Positions 19,205-29,351 of a stretch of DNA of 64,000 bases are shown here, in pieces (position 1 is the first letter of the stretch; each line of letters starts with the position of its first letter). Made by a program: the position numbers and the translations under genes. The notes beneath the pieces are model-generated. The model did not search any database. It was not told the origin of the DNA and saw only the letters and a program-made list of their open reading frames with translations. This DNA is from an uncultured Gemmatimonadaceae bacterium. GTDB lineage: Bacteria; Gemmatimonadota; Gemmatimonadetes; Gemmatimonadales; Gemmatimonadaceae. The DNA is taken from the NCBI GenBank assembly GCA_963829055.1, contig CAWHHI010000017.1:96001-160000 (forward strand), written 5' to 3'.

Positions 19205-20458
19205 TTGAGCACCGTCACCACCCTGGCCCACGACGCCCCGTTCTCAATCCGGCGAACGGCCATCACGCGAGGTGCGACGTACTTCGTCGCCTGGACCGTC
19301 GTCGCGTTCACGACGTCCGAGCTGCAGTACGTCGCGCAGCCCGCGAGCAACGCGCAGCCGTACGGCCGCCTGTTGCGGATGGCGCTCGCGAGCTGCTGGC
19401 TGTGGGCCGCGTTCACCCCCGCGATTCTCGCGTTCGCGCGACGGATTCGCATCGATCGCACGAACTGGCCGCGTACGCTTCCGGTGCACCTCGCCGCCGC
19501 CGCTGCCGCGACGTTCCTGGACGTCTGGCTCATGCACGCGATCATGCCGTTCGTGAGCCCGGACGCGCCGATGAATCGCGTCCCCATTCACATCGTCTTC
19601 CTGCGGCAGCTGTTCCTGTACTCGGTCTGCTACTTCGTGATCATGGCGCTCGCGCACGTGCGCTACTACGCGGGCCTCTCGTACGAACGCGACCTCCGCG
19701 CCGCGCAGCTCGAGGCGCAGCTCTCGGCCGCGCGCCTAACGGCGCTCCAGGGACAGCTCCGGCCGCACTTCCTGTTCAACACGCTGAACATGATCGCCGA
19801 GCAGGTCTACACGGACCCGGCTGGCGCGGACGCGATGCTGACGCGGCTCGGCGTGTTGTTGCGGTCGTCGTTCATCGAGACCGACCGCGAGCGCGTGCCG
19901 CTGCATCGCGAGCTGGAATTGCTCGAGAGTTACGTCGAGATCATGCGTGCGCGCTTCCATGGACGCCTGACATTCGAGCTCGACATCGATCCGGCGACGC
20001 TCGACGCGTTGGTCCCGCGGTTCATGCTGCAGCCGCTCGTGGAGAATGCCATCAAGCACGGCGTCGAGCCTCGTGAGGAAGGTGGCCGCGTGACCGTGAC
20101 TGCCCGTCGTCAGGGCGATTCGCTGACACTCGACGTCCGCGACAACGGCGACGGGCTCGCCGGCGCGATCCGCGAAGGCACCGGCGTTCGCAATACGCGC
20201 GAGCGGTTACAACATCTCTATGGCATCGCGCGTCAGCAGTTCGCGCTCGCGCCCGCACCGGGCGGCGGCACGGTCGCATCGCTCGTCATCCCGTTCGACA
20301 CGGACGACGGCCCGGCGGACAGCTACACGGCGACGGCACCGGGCACCGCGTCGGACACCCGAGGTGCCACGGTTCCCGGCCGTGCACCCCTGCCCTCATC
20401 GCCTGACGTGCCAGCGATGCCGGGTGTCGGGCCTGCGTTCCGGCGAGGCGTGTCATGA
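19205..20458 (+). CDS. LytS/YehU-family membrane sensor histidine kinase
   Basis: N-terminal TM helices; QLRPHFLFNTLN, LQPLVENAIKHG, VRDNGDG, GTGVRNTRERL; TTG start after AGGAGA. Confidence 0.9.
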   Translation: MSTVTTLAHDAPFSIRRTAITRGATYFVAWTVVAFTTSELQYVAQPASNAQPYGRLLRMALASCWLWAAFTPAILAFARRIRIDRTNWPRTLPVHLAAAAAATFLDVWLMHAIMPFVSPDAPMNRVPIHIVFLRQLFLYSVCYFVIMALAHVRYYAGLSYERDLRAAQLEAQLSAARLTALQGQLRPHFLFNTLNMIAEQVYTDPAGADAMLTRLGVLLRSSFIETDRERVPLHRELELLESYVEIMRARFHGRLTFELDIDPATLDALVPRFMLQPLVENAIKHGVEPREEGGRVTVTARRQGDSLTLDVRDNGDGLAGAIREGTGVRNTRERLQHLYGIARQQFALAPAPGGGTVASLVIPFDTDDGPADSYTATAPGTASDTRGATVPGRAPLPSSPDVPAMPGVGPAFRRGVS

Positions 20459-21267
20459 CGCTACTCCGCGTCCTCATCGTCGACGATGAGGCGTTTGCGC
20501 GCCAGCGGCTCCGTCGCCTGCTCACGGAGCTTCAGGACATCGAGGTCGTCGGCGAGGCCGCGAACGGGCGCGAGGCGGTCGCGCTGATCACGCAGCACGA
20601 CCCTGACGTGGTGCTGCTCGACGTGCAGATGCCGCGTGTCGATGGCTTCGGCGTGCTGCGCGCGCTCGACGGGCCCGCGCCTCTCGTGATCTTCGTGACG
20701 GCGTTCGACGAGCACGCCGTGGCCGCGTTCAACGTCCACGCGTTCGACTACATCCTCAAGCCGGTGGACCCGGCGCGTTTCGCGGACGCCATCGCGCGTG
20801 CCCGCGCGCAGATCGAGCAGTCGACGATCGCCGAGCGTCATGCGAAGCTCGTGGCGTTTCTGGATGCGTCGCCGGGCGCACCGACGCGGGACGTTGCCGT
20901 GCCCGCCGCCGAATCGGCGACGGCGAGCGGGCGCGCGCCACTCGATCGATTGCTCGTCAAGGAGGAGGGCAAGATGTATTTCGTGCCCGTCGCCGAGATC
21001 GACTGGATCGAGGCGTTCGGCAACTACGCGCGTCTGCATACGGGGCCGCGCACCCACCTCATTCGCGAGACGATGTCGACGCTCGAGCGCGCGCTCGACG
21101 TGCGTCGCTTCGCGCGCATCCATTGCTCGACGATCGTGAATCTCGATCGCATCAGGCAGATGGATCTGTGGGGCTCGGGAGATTACATGGTGCGGCTGGC
21201 CGATGGCACGCAGCTCAAGCTCAGCCGATGGTATCGGGATCGGCTCGAGGCGCGGTTGCGACCGTAG
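20455..21267 (+). CDS. LytTR-family response regulator
   Basis: IVDDE, LDVQMP, VTAFD, DYILKP receiver; IDWIEAFGNY...FARIHCSTIVN LytTR domain; ATGA overlap with the kinase. Confidence 0.93.
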   Translation: MTLLRVLIVDDEAFARQRLRRLLTELQDIEVVGEAANGREAVALITQHDPDVVLLDVQMPRVDGFGVLRALDGPAPLVIFVTAFDEHAVAAFNVHAFDYILKPVDPARFADAIARARAQIEQSTIAERHAKLVAFLDASPGAPTRDVAVPAAESATASGRAPLDRLLVKEEGKMYFVPVAEIDWIEAFGNYARLHTGPRTHLIRETMSTLERALDVRRFARIHCSTIVNLDRIRQMDLWGSGDYMVRLADGTQLKLSRWYRDRLEARLRP

Positions 21268-21271
21268 CATT

Positions 21272-21313
21272 GGGAATCGGGGATCGGGAATCGGGAATCG
21301 GGAATCGGGAATC
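21272..21313 (+). repeat. Tandem heptamer array (GGGAATC)x6
   Basis: Six consecutive units with one GGGGATC variant, directly after the LytTR stop. Confidence 0.92.
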
Positions 21314-21411
21314 GCACGTGCAGGTCGTCCCACCGATGTGCAGATCATCACGCCGGCCTTCGTTCGCCGGCCGAGTGGCGTGAGTTTCGGGTCCACTCCT
21401 GCCTGACGAGA

Positions 21412-22560
21412 ATGATGCTACGCTCCGCATTGCCTCCACGCGCGCGCATGTCCGCGCTGAAGTTCATTACCGTTGTTGGCACTACGGCCGTCGCCGTTCT
21501 TGTGCCCCTCTGCCACGCCATCGCGCAACCGCCGGCGCCGCGACACGCGGTGCTCGCCGTGCCGTCCAAGTATCCGTCCATTCAGGCGGCGATCGACAGC
21601 GCCATGAACGGCGATACCGTGCTCGTCGCGCCCGGGCGGTACTACGAGAACATCCGCTTCAAGGGAAAGGGCATCGTCGTCACGAGCCAGTTCGCGCGCA
21701 CGCGCAACGAGGCGGACATCGAGCGGACCATCATCGACGGCAGTCGGCCGACGCACCCCGATACGGGGACAGTCGTTAGGTTCGTCAACCAGGAGGACTC
21801 GACGGCGGTGATCCAGGGATTCACGATCACCGGCGGCACGGGCACCGTGTGGCTCGACGCGAAGGACGTGACGTACTTCCGCGAGGGCGGCGGGATCCTG
21901 TGCGAGCTCGGGTCGCCGACGATTCGCTTCAATCACATCGAGAACAACAGCGCGGTCTCGAAGGCGAAGAACGTGAAGGGCGACTCGTTGATCAGCGCCG
22001 GTGGCGGCGCCATCCGCTGCGGCTACTCCGAGCCGACGATCACGAACAACGTCATTCGCGGCAATCACGGGCGCTACGGCGGTGGCGTCGTGCTGTTCTA
22101 CTCCGCCGGCATCGTGAAGAACAACCTCATCGTCGACAACGACGGCGGCGAGGACTTCGGTGGCGCCGGGCTGTGGATCGTCGGTGGGTTGAGCTATCGG
22201 CTGTCGACGCTCGTCGAGCACAACACGATCGTCAATAACCGATCGATGACACCGGATTCCGCGCGCGGCATGAAGGGCCGCGGCGGCGCCATGATCGCGG
22301 CCGGCACGAAGGTCGTGTTCCGAAACAACATCGTGTGGGGTAACGCGCAGAGCGCGGGCAATCAGGTGAGCTACTCCCCGGCGACGCCGCCCGAGATGAG
22401 CAACAACATCGTGCAGGGTGGTCTGCCGGGCACGGGCAATCTCGATAAGGATCCGCAGTTCGCCGACATGACACGCTTCACGTTGAAGCCGGATTCGCCG
22501 GCGAAGCGCGGCGCCGGTTTCGAGCTCGGCGCCTATGGTGGCGTGCCGCGTACTCGCTGA
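21412..22560 (+). CDS. Secreted right-handed beta-helix (pectin-lyase-like) protein
   Basis: Signal peptide; VPSKYPSIQAAID..GDTVLVAPGRYYENI, GFTITGG, repeated NN-x-I motifs, GNLDKDPQF, LGAYGG. The start may be 21448. Confidence 0.8.
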   Translation: MMLRSALPPRARMSALKFITVVGTTAVAVLVPLCHAIAQPPAPRHAVLAVPSKYPSIQAAIDSAMNGDTVLVAPGRYYENIRFKGKGIVVTSQFARTRNEADIERTIIDGSRPTHPDTGTVVRFVNQEDSTAVIQGFTITGGTGTVWLDAKDVTYFREGGGILCELGSPTIRFNHIENNSAVSKAKNVKGDSLISAGGGAIRCGYSEPTITNNVIRGNHGRYGGGVVLFYSAGIVKNNLIVDNDGGEDFGGAGLWIVGGLSYRLSTLVEHNTIVNNRSMTPDSARGMKGRGGAMIAAGTKVVFRNNIVWGNAQSAGNQVSYSPATPPEMSNNIVQGGLPGTGNLDKDPQFADMTRFTLKPDSPAKRGAGFELGAYGGVPRTR

Positions 22561-22570
22561 CACGCGGCTT

Positions 22571-22988
22571 GCATCATCGCGCCGCGGCCGGTGGGGACTA
22601 CGATTTGGCGGATCGGTACTGCGAAACTGCCGGATACTGCTCTGCATCGACGCATCGTCCCGCACGGCCGGTGGGAACGGCGATCGCGCGGAGGACGCGG
22701 AAGAAGCAGGATCGATCGCGTTCGGGACGGCCCCTCGCGCCACGAGCCGGGATTCTTTGGGAACGGCCGCTCGGGACGCAGGAGTCTCCCGAGCGGCCGT
22801 TCCTCTGTCATTCAGGCCGCGGCGAGAGCCAGCGTCGATGCAAAGCCGGATCCGGCCGTTTTCCGTGTCATCCGCAAAATCGTAGTTCCCACCGGCCCGG
22901 AGCGCTGATGCGTGAATGCAAGCCGAATCGGCTGTCTCGCGGTTCATCCGGCCAATCGTAGTCGCCAACGACCGCGGCGCGACGAAGC
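22571..22988. mobile_element. Family B MITE-like composite repeat (two left arms, central hairpin, two right arms)
   Basis: Right arm GCGTCGATGCAAAGCCG.ATCCGGCCGTTTTCCGTGTCATCCGCAAAATCGTAGTTCCCACCGGCCC nearly identical to 11847-11913; central hairpin 22760-22803. Confidence 0.75.
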
Positions 22989-23032
22989 CAGCAACAGGTT
23001 GTGCCGCGTGATCGCCGTTCCGATCTTGGGGC

Positions 23033-24859
23033 ATGCACCCACTGCTCCGCACGATCCTAACGCTCTCGCCGGCCCTTCTTTCGGCGGCGCGCCTCGACCT
23101 CGGCGTCGCGCCCAGGGCAGCCCCGACGAGCGTCATTCGCGTCAATCAGCTCGGGTACCTGCCTAACGCTCCCAAGACGGCCGTGATGTGCGTCGTCCCC
23201 GACTCGCTGGGCGGCGGTGGCACGTGGCTCCCACCCGCGTCCGTGCCCTTCACCGTCGAGGACACCACCGGTCGCCGCGTGCTCGCGCCGCGCACCGCCA
23301 GCGCCGCCGGTCAATTCGGACCCTGCGCACAGACGTACCGGCTCGACTTCTCGTCGCTTCGAAAGCCCGGCCGCTACCACATCGTCTCCGCTGGCGTTCG
23401 CTCGCCCGTCGTGCGCATCGACGCCCGCGCGTACGCCGGCGCCGCGGACACGCTCCTCTACTACATGCGCCAGCAGCGCTCGGGCTACAACCCGACGCTC
23501 AAGGATTCCGTTCACAAGCGCGACGGGATCATCGTCGATCACCCGACGCGCACCGGTGAGTTCATCAACGTGAGCGGCGGCTGGGCCGACGCCGCGGACT
23601 ATCTGCAGTACGTCACGACGTCCGCGACCGCCACCTACGTCATGCTCAAGGCGCGTCACGAATTTCCGCGCGCGTTCTCCGACAACTTCGCCGCGACCGG
23701 TCTCCCGGGCGCGAATGGCGTCGACGACGCGCTCGACGAGGCGCGCCATGGACTCGAGTGGCTGCTGCGCATGTTCCCGGACGACTCGACGATGTTCAAC
23801 CAGCTCGCTGACGACCGCGATCACACGTACTTCGATCTGCCGACGTCCGACTCCGCGGACTACGGCTGGGGCAAGGGCAAGGAGCGCCCCGTGTATCCGT
23901 GCACGGGCAAGCCGCAGGGGCTTTTCACCGGAAAGAATCGCGCGACGGGCTACGCGTCCACGGCCGGCAAGTACGCGGCGACGTTCGCACTCGCCTCGCG
24001 TGCGTATGCGACCACGGACCCCGCGTTCGCGCGTCGGCTCCGCGAACGGGCGCTGGCGGCGTACGCGTTAGGCGTGAAATACCCCGGCAACTGTCAGACG
24101 GCGCCCGGCAAGTCGCCGTACTTCTACGAAGAAGAGAACTGGGCGGATGACATGGAGCTCGGAGCGGCCGAGCTCTACGCGCTGACGCGCGAACAGCGGT
24201 TTCTGCGGGATGCGTTAGGCTACGCCGCGAAGGAGCCGGTCACGCCGTGGATGGGCGCCGATACGGCGCGTCACTATGAATGGTACCCCTGGATCAATCA
24301 CGGCCACGACGCGGTCTGGCGCGTCGGTGACGCGTCGGCCAAGCGCCTCATGGCCAGCTACTACCGCCAGGGCCTCGAGCGTGTAGCCGCGCGCGCGAAA
24401 ACCAACGGCTTCCGCGTCGGCATCCCGTTCATCTGGTGCTCGAACAATCTCATGTCGGCGTTCGCGACGCAGGCGCTGATCTATCGTCGCATGACGGGCG
24501 ACGAGCGCTTCCGCGAGTACGAGGCAGCGGCGCTGGACTGGCTGTTCGGCGCGAACCCGTGGGGCACGTCGATGGTGATCGGCCTGCCGTGGTCAGGCAC
24601 CTGGCCACACGATCCGCATTCGGTGCTCGCCAAGCAGCTTGGCGTGGAGACGCAGCTCGGCGGTCTCGTGGATGGCCCGGTCTATCGTTCGATCTACGCC
24701 AACCTGCGCGGCATCCGCCTGTTCGACCCGGACGAGTACGCGCGGTTCAACACGGGCTTCATCGTCTATCACGACGACCTGGGCGACTACTCGACGAATG
24801 AGCCGATCATGGACGGGACAGGCATGCTCACGTACCTGCTCGCTGCGCTCGCGCCGTGA
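23033..24859 (+). CDS. Glycoside hydrolase family 9 with N-terminal Ig-like (CelD_N) domain
   Basis: IRVNQLGYLP..PKTA, DFSSL..PGRY, GGWADAADY, DDMELGAAELY, DWLFGANPWG, HDPH, DYSTNEP. Confidence 0.9.
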   Translation: MHPLLRTILTLSPALLSAARLDLGVAPRAAPTSVIRVNQLGYLPNAPKTAVMCVVPDSLGGGGTWLPPASVPFTVEDTTGRRVLAPRTASAAGQFGPCAQTYRLDFSSLRKPGRYHIVSAGVRSPVVRIDARAYAGAADTLLYYMRQQRSGYNPTLKDSVHKRDGIIVDHPTRTGEFINVSGGWADAADYLQYVTTSATATYVMLKARHEFPRAFSDNFAATGLPGANGVDDALDEARHGLEWLLRMFPDDSTMFNQLADDRDHTYFDLPTSDSADYGWGKGKERPVYPCTGKPQGLFTGKNRATGYASTAGKYAATFALASRAYATTDPAFARRLRERALAAYALGVKYPGNCQTAPGKSPYFYEEENWADDMELGAAELYALTREQRFLRDALGYAAKEPVTPWMGADTARHYEWYPWINHGHDAVWRVGDASAKRLMASYYRQGLERVAARAKTNGFRVGIPFIWCSNNLMSAFATQALIYRRMTGDERFREYEAAALDWLFGANPWGTSMVIGLPWSGTWPHDPHSVLAKQLGVETQLGGLVDGPVYRSIYANLRGIRLFDPDEYARFNTGFIVYHDDLGDYSTNEPIMDGTGMLTYLLAALAP

Positions 24860-24938
24860 TCGCTGGCTGCTGGCTGCTGCTGCTGACGTTCGGGATCGCT
24901 GTCTTGTCGGCGGGGGCGTCGCGTCTCCGGCGCCGTAG

Positions 24939-25338
24939 GCGCTTACACGCCCTGAGCCGACGGGTACCGAACTCCGTGTACGGCTGGCTGGCTCGGCCCC
25001 GTCGTCTCGGGGCTACGCGCCAACGGCCCCTACGACGCGACACCCCCGCCTCCTGGTACGCATCCCGACCGGTCGGGGCAAGCAGCGCGCAGCACCCAGC
25101 AAGTGCGCGCCCTAACGCGTGACGGCGCCGCCCGCGAGAGGGGACGCGGCACTTGCTGCGCGCTGGGTGCGGTCGCGAATGCGTGCGTGCGGTGACGAGC
25201 GGCCGGCCACGGAGCGTGCCATGACCGGGGGCGCGGGCGCTCGGCGTAGGGGGCCTCGCGCGTAGCCCCGAGACGGCGGGGCCGAGCCACTCTCACGGCA
25301 TGGAGTTCGGTACCCGTCGGCTCGAGGCGTGTAAGCGC
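24939..25338. repeat. About 400-bp element with long imperfect terminal inverted repeats between convergent genes
   Basis: GCGCTTACACGCC..GAGCCGACGGGTACCGAACTCC and GGCTCGGCCCCG.CGTCTCGGGGCTACGCGC recur inverted at 25259-25338. Confidence 0.8.
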
Positions 25339-25439
25339 GTGGCCACCGGAGCCGAGTGCCCGCGCCTAGCGCCGCGACAGACTCGACCAGCCCCGCGCGC
25401 CGCAATGCCAGCACGCAGCACGCAGCACGCAGCTCAGCG

Positions 25440-25956
25440 CTACGGCAGCGTCTCGAACGACGTGACTTTGTAGACGATCTCGTCCCCCGGCAAGCGCCGT
25501 GACCGGGTCGATCAGCACGCTGATCGGATACCCCAACGTCGCGTCGTACGTGATCCGCGAGTCCTGAGGACCCAGCGCCAGCCCCTGCGCGATGAGCACC
25601 AGCAGTCCATCCACCGACTTCGCCGCCGCGCGACGATCCTCGCTCACCGCCAGGTTCGTCGCCGCGTCCACCACGCTCTCGATCGTCTCGCCCGTCTCAC
25701 CAGGCGTCCGCCTCACCGTGACGCGCACGGGACGCTGGAACTCGGTCGTGCACTCGCACGTCTGAGCCACCACAATGCGGTAGTGCGCCGGCCCCACCGT
25801 CTGCCACTTCTTCAGCGCGCCGTCGTACTCCGCCTGCGTCGTCCCATTGTTGTTGCTGCCGTTACCGCCGAGCCCGATCACGTCCCCACCAGCACATGCA
25901 CCAACCACCAGCACGAGCGCCGCGACAACGGATGCGCGGCCAAGGAATGCACTCAT
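25440..25956 (-). CDS. Lipoprotein, DUF6174-like; +1 frameshift in a G run near 25486
   Basis: Lipobox VGAC; ALKKWQ...HYRIVVAQTCEC, SVDGLL, ITYDATLGYP.SVLID; corrected end ...AGDEIVYKVTSFETLP*. Confidence 0.7.
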
Positions 25957-26021
25957 AGTTCTCCGGAGTTCTCTACTGCACGAGTCCAGCGTCCGTATTA
26001 GGATGTGTCGGTACACACGCT

Positions 26022-27309
26022 ATGACCAGCCTGCCGAACCCTCGAACGATGCGGTCCGTCACCTCAATGCGCGGTGACGGGGACGAACCGTCACGCCCGG
26101 CAGGATTCGCCTGGCGATTCGTGCTCGCAAACCGTCGCGATGGATCAGGGATCTGGGGAGCGGCGTGCCTCGTGTTCGCCTCGCAGAACGCGCTGCGCTA
26201 CATCATGCGCGACCAGGCGGTGGACTGGGTCAACGCGCTGTGGATGGAAGCGCTGTACTGGGTCCCGTGGCTCGTGCTCACGCCCGTCCTGCTCGCGACG
26301 GCGCGTCGCAAGCCGCTCGGCTCCGGCGCACCGCGGTCGAACGTGTGGTGGCACCTCGGGTGTCATGGTCGCGCTGTCGCTCGTGCAGGTCGTCAGCCGC
26401 CGATGCGCTGCAGTATCCGGTGGCGGTCGCGCATGGCTTAGTCCCAGTGGCGCTGACCGGCTCCGCGCACGCGCTGGAGACGTACCGCCGCTCGTTCCCG
26501 GCGCTCGTGATCACCGTGTGGTGGAAGTACTGGGTGTTCATGGGCCTCTACTACGCGTTCGACTATCACCGTCGCTTCCGCGAGCGCGAGGTCGCGGCGG
26601 CGCAACTCGAGACGCAGCTGGCGACGGCGCATCTGCAGGCGCTGCGGATGCAGCTCAATCCGCACTTCCTGTTCAACGCGCTGCACTCGGCGGCGATGCT
26701 GACGATGATCGACCCCGACGGCGCGCACCGCGTGCTCGTACAGCTGAGCGCGCTGCTTCGGACGACGCTCGACCGCTCATCAGCGGCCGAGGTGCCGCTC
26801 TCGGAGGAGATCGACTTCGTCGACCGCTACCTGGCGATCGAGCGCATTCGGTTCCAGGATCGGCTTCGGCGTCGAGATCGAGGCCGATGACGATGCGCTG
26901 TCGGCGATCGTGCCGAACCTGATCCTGCAGCCACTGGTGGAGAACGCGGTGCGCCACGGGATCGCGCGCCGAACCGACGCCGGCGACCTCACGATTCGCG
27001 CGGTGCGGCGCGGGGGTCTCCTCGTGGTCGAGGTCGAGGACGACGGCCCCGGGCTTCCCGCGGGTTGGACGTTCACCCCACCGGAGGGGAGCGGCGTCGG
27101 CCTGACGAATGTCCGCTCGCGGCTCGAGCGGCTGTATGGAAGTCAGGGTCGACTCGAGCTGCTGACTCCAACGGATGAAGCCGGCCGGCCAACGCACGGG
27201 TGTGCTCGCGCGCGTGACGATCCCGTTCCGCGTCGCTGCGCCGTCGCCCCGCCGTCGCGAAGTCGCGTCCCCGATTCCCAGTGCACAATCCCCAGTCCCC
27301 ACCGCATGA
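26022..27309 (+). CDS. Second LytS-family sensor histidine kinase, several frameshifts
   Basis: TM region, then QLNPHFLFNALHS, YLAIERIRFQDRL, ILQPLVENAVRHG, EDDGPG, GVGLTNVRSRL. Corrected end GVLARVTIPF...PTA* overlaps the next ATG (ATGA). Breaks near 26360-26400, 26870 and 27195. The start could be 26067. Confidence 0.85.
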
Positions 27310-28148
27310 TCCGCGCGCTCATCGTCGACGACGAGCCGATCGCGCGCGCCGGCATCGCGAAGCTGCTCGAGGGCGAGTCGGATGTGACGGTGATCGGGGA
27401 GTGTCGGGACGGGGCAGAGGCTGTCGCGCACATCCGCGCACATCGGCCCGACCTCGTGTTCCTCGATGTGCAGATGCCCGAGCGCAACGGCTTCGAGGTG
27501 CTGGCGTCGCTCGAGCCACACGAGCTTCCGGCGACGATCTTCGTCACGGCGTACGACGAGTACGCGCTCGACGCGTTCGAAGCGAGTGCGGTCGACTACC
27601 TGCTCAAACCGTTCGACCGTGAGCGGTTCGCGCGCGCGCTGTCGCGGGCGCGCCGTTTCCTCGCCGGCGATCAGCTCGCGGTGTTCCGCGCGAAGGTCTC
27701 GTCGGTGCTGCAGACGATGCGACCGAACACTCGCCTCGTTGGCACAGGCGCGAGTCCTCGAACGGCTCGACTCCGCATCGCGCCTAACGGTGGCCCGAGC
27801 CGAGCGACGGAACGCGCGCGCGGCGGTGACAGTCGGCTCGCCATCCGGACGCGCGGGCGCATCACGTTCGTCGCGATCGGCGAGATCGAGTGGATCGAGA
27901 CGTCGCGCAACTACGTGCGCGTGCGCGCGAAAGGCGTGTGGCACACGATGCGCGAGCCGCTGTCGACGTTCGCGGGTCGACTCGACCCGCTGCAGTTCGT
28001 GCGCGTGAGCCGCTCGTGCATCGTCAATCTCGATCGCGTGCGCGAGTTCCGTCGGCAGGCGAACGGCCAGTACACGGTCCTGCTCGACGACGGCCAGCGA
28101 CTCGTGGCGAGTCGCCGCTATGGCGCGAAGTTGGCGCCTGACGCGTAG
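27306..28148 (+). CDS. Second LytTR-family response regulator
   Basis: MIRALIVDDEPIAR, FLDVQMP, VTAYDEYA, DYLLKP, IEWIETSRNYV, FVRVSRSCIVN. Confidence 0.92.
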   Translation: MIRALIVDDEPIARAGIAKLLEGESDVTVIGECRDGAEAVAHIRAHRPDLVFLDVQMPERNGFEVLASLEPHELPATIFVTAYDEYALDAFEASAVDYLLKPFDRERFARALSRARRFLAGDQLAVFRAKVSSVLQTMRPNTRLVGTGASPRTARLRIAPNGGPSRATERARGGDSRLAIRTRGRITFVAIGEIEWIETSRNYVRVRAKGVWHTMREPLSTFAGRLDPLQFVRVSRSCIVNLDRVREFRRQANGQYTVLLDDGQRLVASRRYGAKLAPDA

Positions 28149-28259
28149 AGGAAGGAGGAAGGCGGTCGAGGACGATCGCCTCGCTGCGCTCGGGATGACA
28201 TGGCTCCTTCCTCAGGCCTCCTTCCTTAGGCCTCGTTCCTCAGGCCTCCTTCCCAAGGC
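28148..28259. repeat. Half family-A REP followed by a 14-bp tandem array (CTCCTTCCTCAGGC)x4
   Basis: CGCTCGGGATGACA at 28187-28200; array units at 28204, 28218, 28232, 28246. The same composite occurs at 41105-41215. Confidence 0.8.
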
Positions 28260-28291
28260 CTCTCGTACAATATTCGCATAGGCGATGAGCC

Positions 28292-29194
28292 ATGCAGTCC
28301 CTCGCTCGTCTGCTCGCCATCGCCTGTCTCGTCGCGCTCGGTGCTTGCAATCCCATGCGCTATCTGTTCGGATGGGAGGCGCGGCTTCGCCCCGACACCA
28401 CCGAACGCGCCGGAGGGCAGTCCCTCGTCGGCGCCGGCGACATTGGGTTCTGTGGTCTGATCGGCGACCGCGCCACCGGGATTCTGCTCGATCAGATTCC
28501 CGGCACCGTCTTCACCCTCGGCGACAACGCGTATCCCGACGGTACGCTCGAAGATTTTCAGAAGTGCTACGAGCCTACCTGGGGCCGACACAAGAGCCGA
28601 ACGCGGCCGTCCGCCGGTAACCACGAGTACCACGCCGACGGCGCACCGGGCTATTTCGCGTACTTCGGCGCCGTCGCGGGCGATTCCTCGAAAGGATACT
28701 ACAGCTACGACCTCGGCACCTGGCACGTGGTGGTGCTCAACAGCAACATCGACGTCAGCGCGACGTCGGAGCAGATGCGATGGCTCGCGAATGACCTGGC
28801 CGAGCACCGCACGTTATGCACGGTGGCGTACTGGCATCACGCGTTTCTGAGCTCGAGCTCTGACGCTACCCCCAAGATGCGAGACGCATGGCGGCTGCTC
28901 TACGACGCCGGCGTCGAGGTCGCGCTCACGGGCCACCACCACGCCTACGAGCGCTTCGCACCGGTGAACGCCACGGCAACCGCCCTCGACCAAGGGCGGG
29001 GCGTTCGAGAATTCGTCGTCGGCACAGGCGGCTCGCTGCTGGACAACTTCGGCCGCAAAGCCCACTTCAGCGAACGTCGCTACAACAACAACTTCGGCGT
29101 GCTACAGCTCCAGCTCTATCCCGGTCACTATGCCTGGCAGTTCATCTCGGTGAACGGGCACATACGAGACTCGGGGCGGGACAGATGCCACTGA
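28292..29194 (+). CDS. Calcineurin-like metallophosphoesterase (acid/alkaline phosphatase-like), lipoprotein
   Basis: Lipobox LGAC; GAGDI, LGDNAY, AGNHEY, YWHH, TGHHHAYER, VVGTGG. Confidence 0.9.
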   Translation: MQSLARLLAIACLVALGACNPMRYLFGWEARLRPDTTERAGGQSLVGAGDIGFCGLIGDRATGILLDQIPGTVFTLGDNAYPDGTLEDFQKCYEPTWGRHKSRTRPSAGNHEYHADGAPGYFAYFGAVAGDSSKGYYSYDLGTWHVVVLNSNIDVSATSEQMRWLANDLAEHRTLCTVAYWHHAFLSSSSDATPKMRDAWRLLYDAGVEVALTGHHHAYERFAPVNATATALDQGRGVREFVVGTGGSLLDNFGRKAHFSERRYNNNFGVLQLQLYPGHYAWQFISVNGHIRDSGRDRCH

Positions 29195-29351
29195 TAGCTG
29201 GAAGGGGCGGAGGGCGGGATGGCGGGAAGGCGGCAGCGAGCGGCAGCGAGGTCTCGCGACGACGCGCGCGGAGAACCGCGAATCCTGCTGCGTGCTGCGG
29301 CGCCGCAGTCCGCGCCATCCGCCTTCCGTCCTGAGCCCGTTCCTCCTTCCG

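Noticed and set aside
21112..21135. LytTR motif RIHCS instead of RIHRS as altered DNA specificity
   Set aside because: A single C/T difference in an error-prone sequence; not interpretable without reads.
26910..28148. Apparent HATPase-receiver-LytTR hybrid protein in the ORF track
   Set aside because: A frameshift near 27195 creates the fusion. The corrected kinase ends at TGA 27309, overlapping the regulator ATG, as in the first pair.
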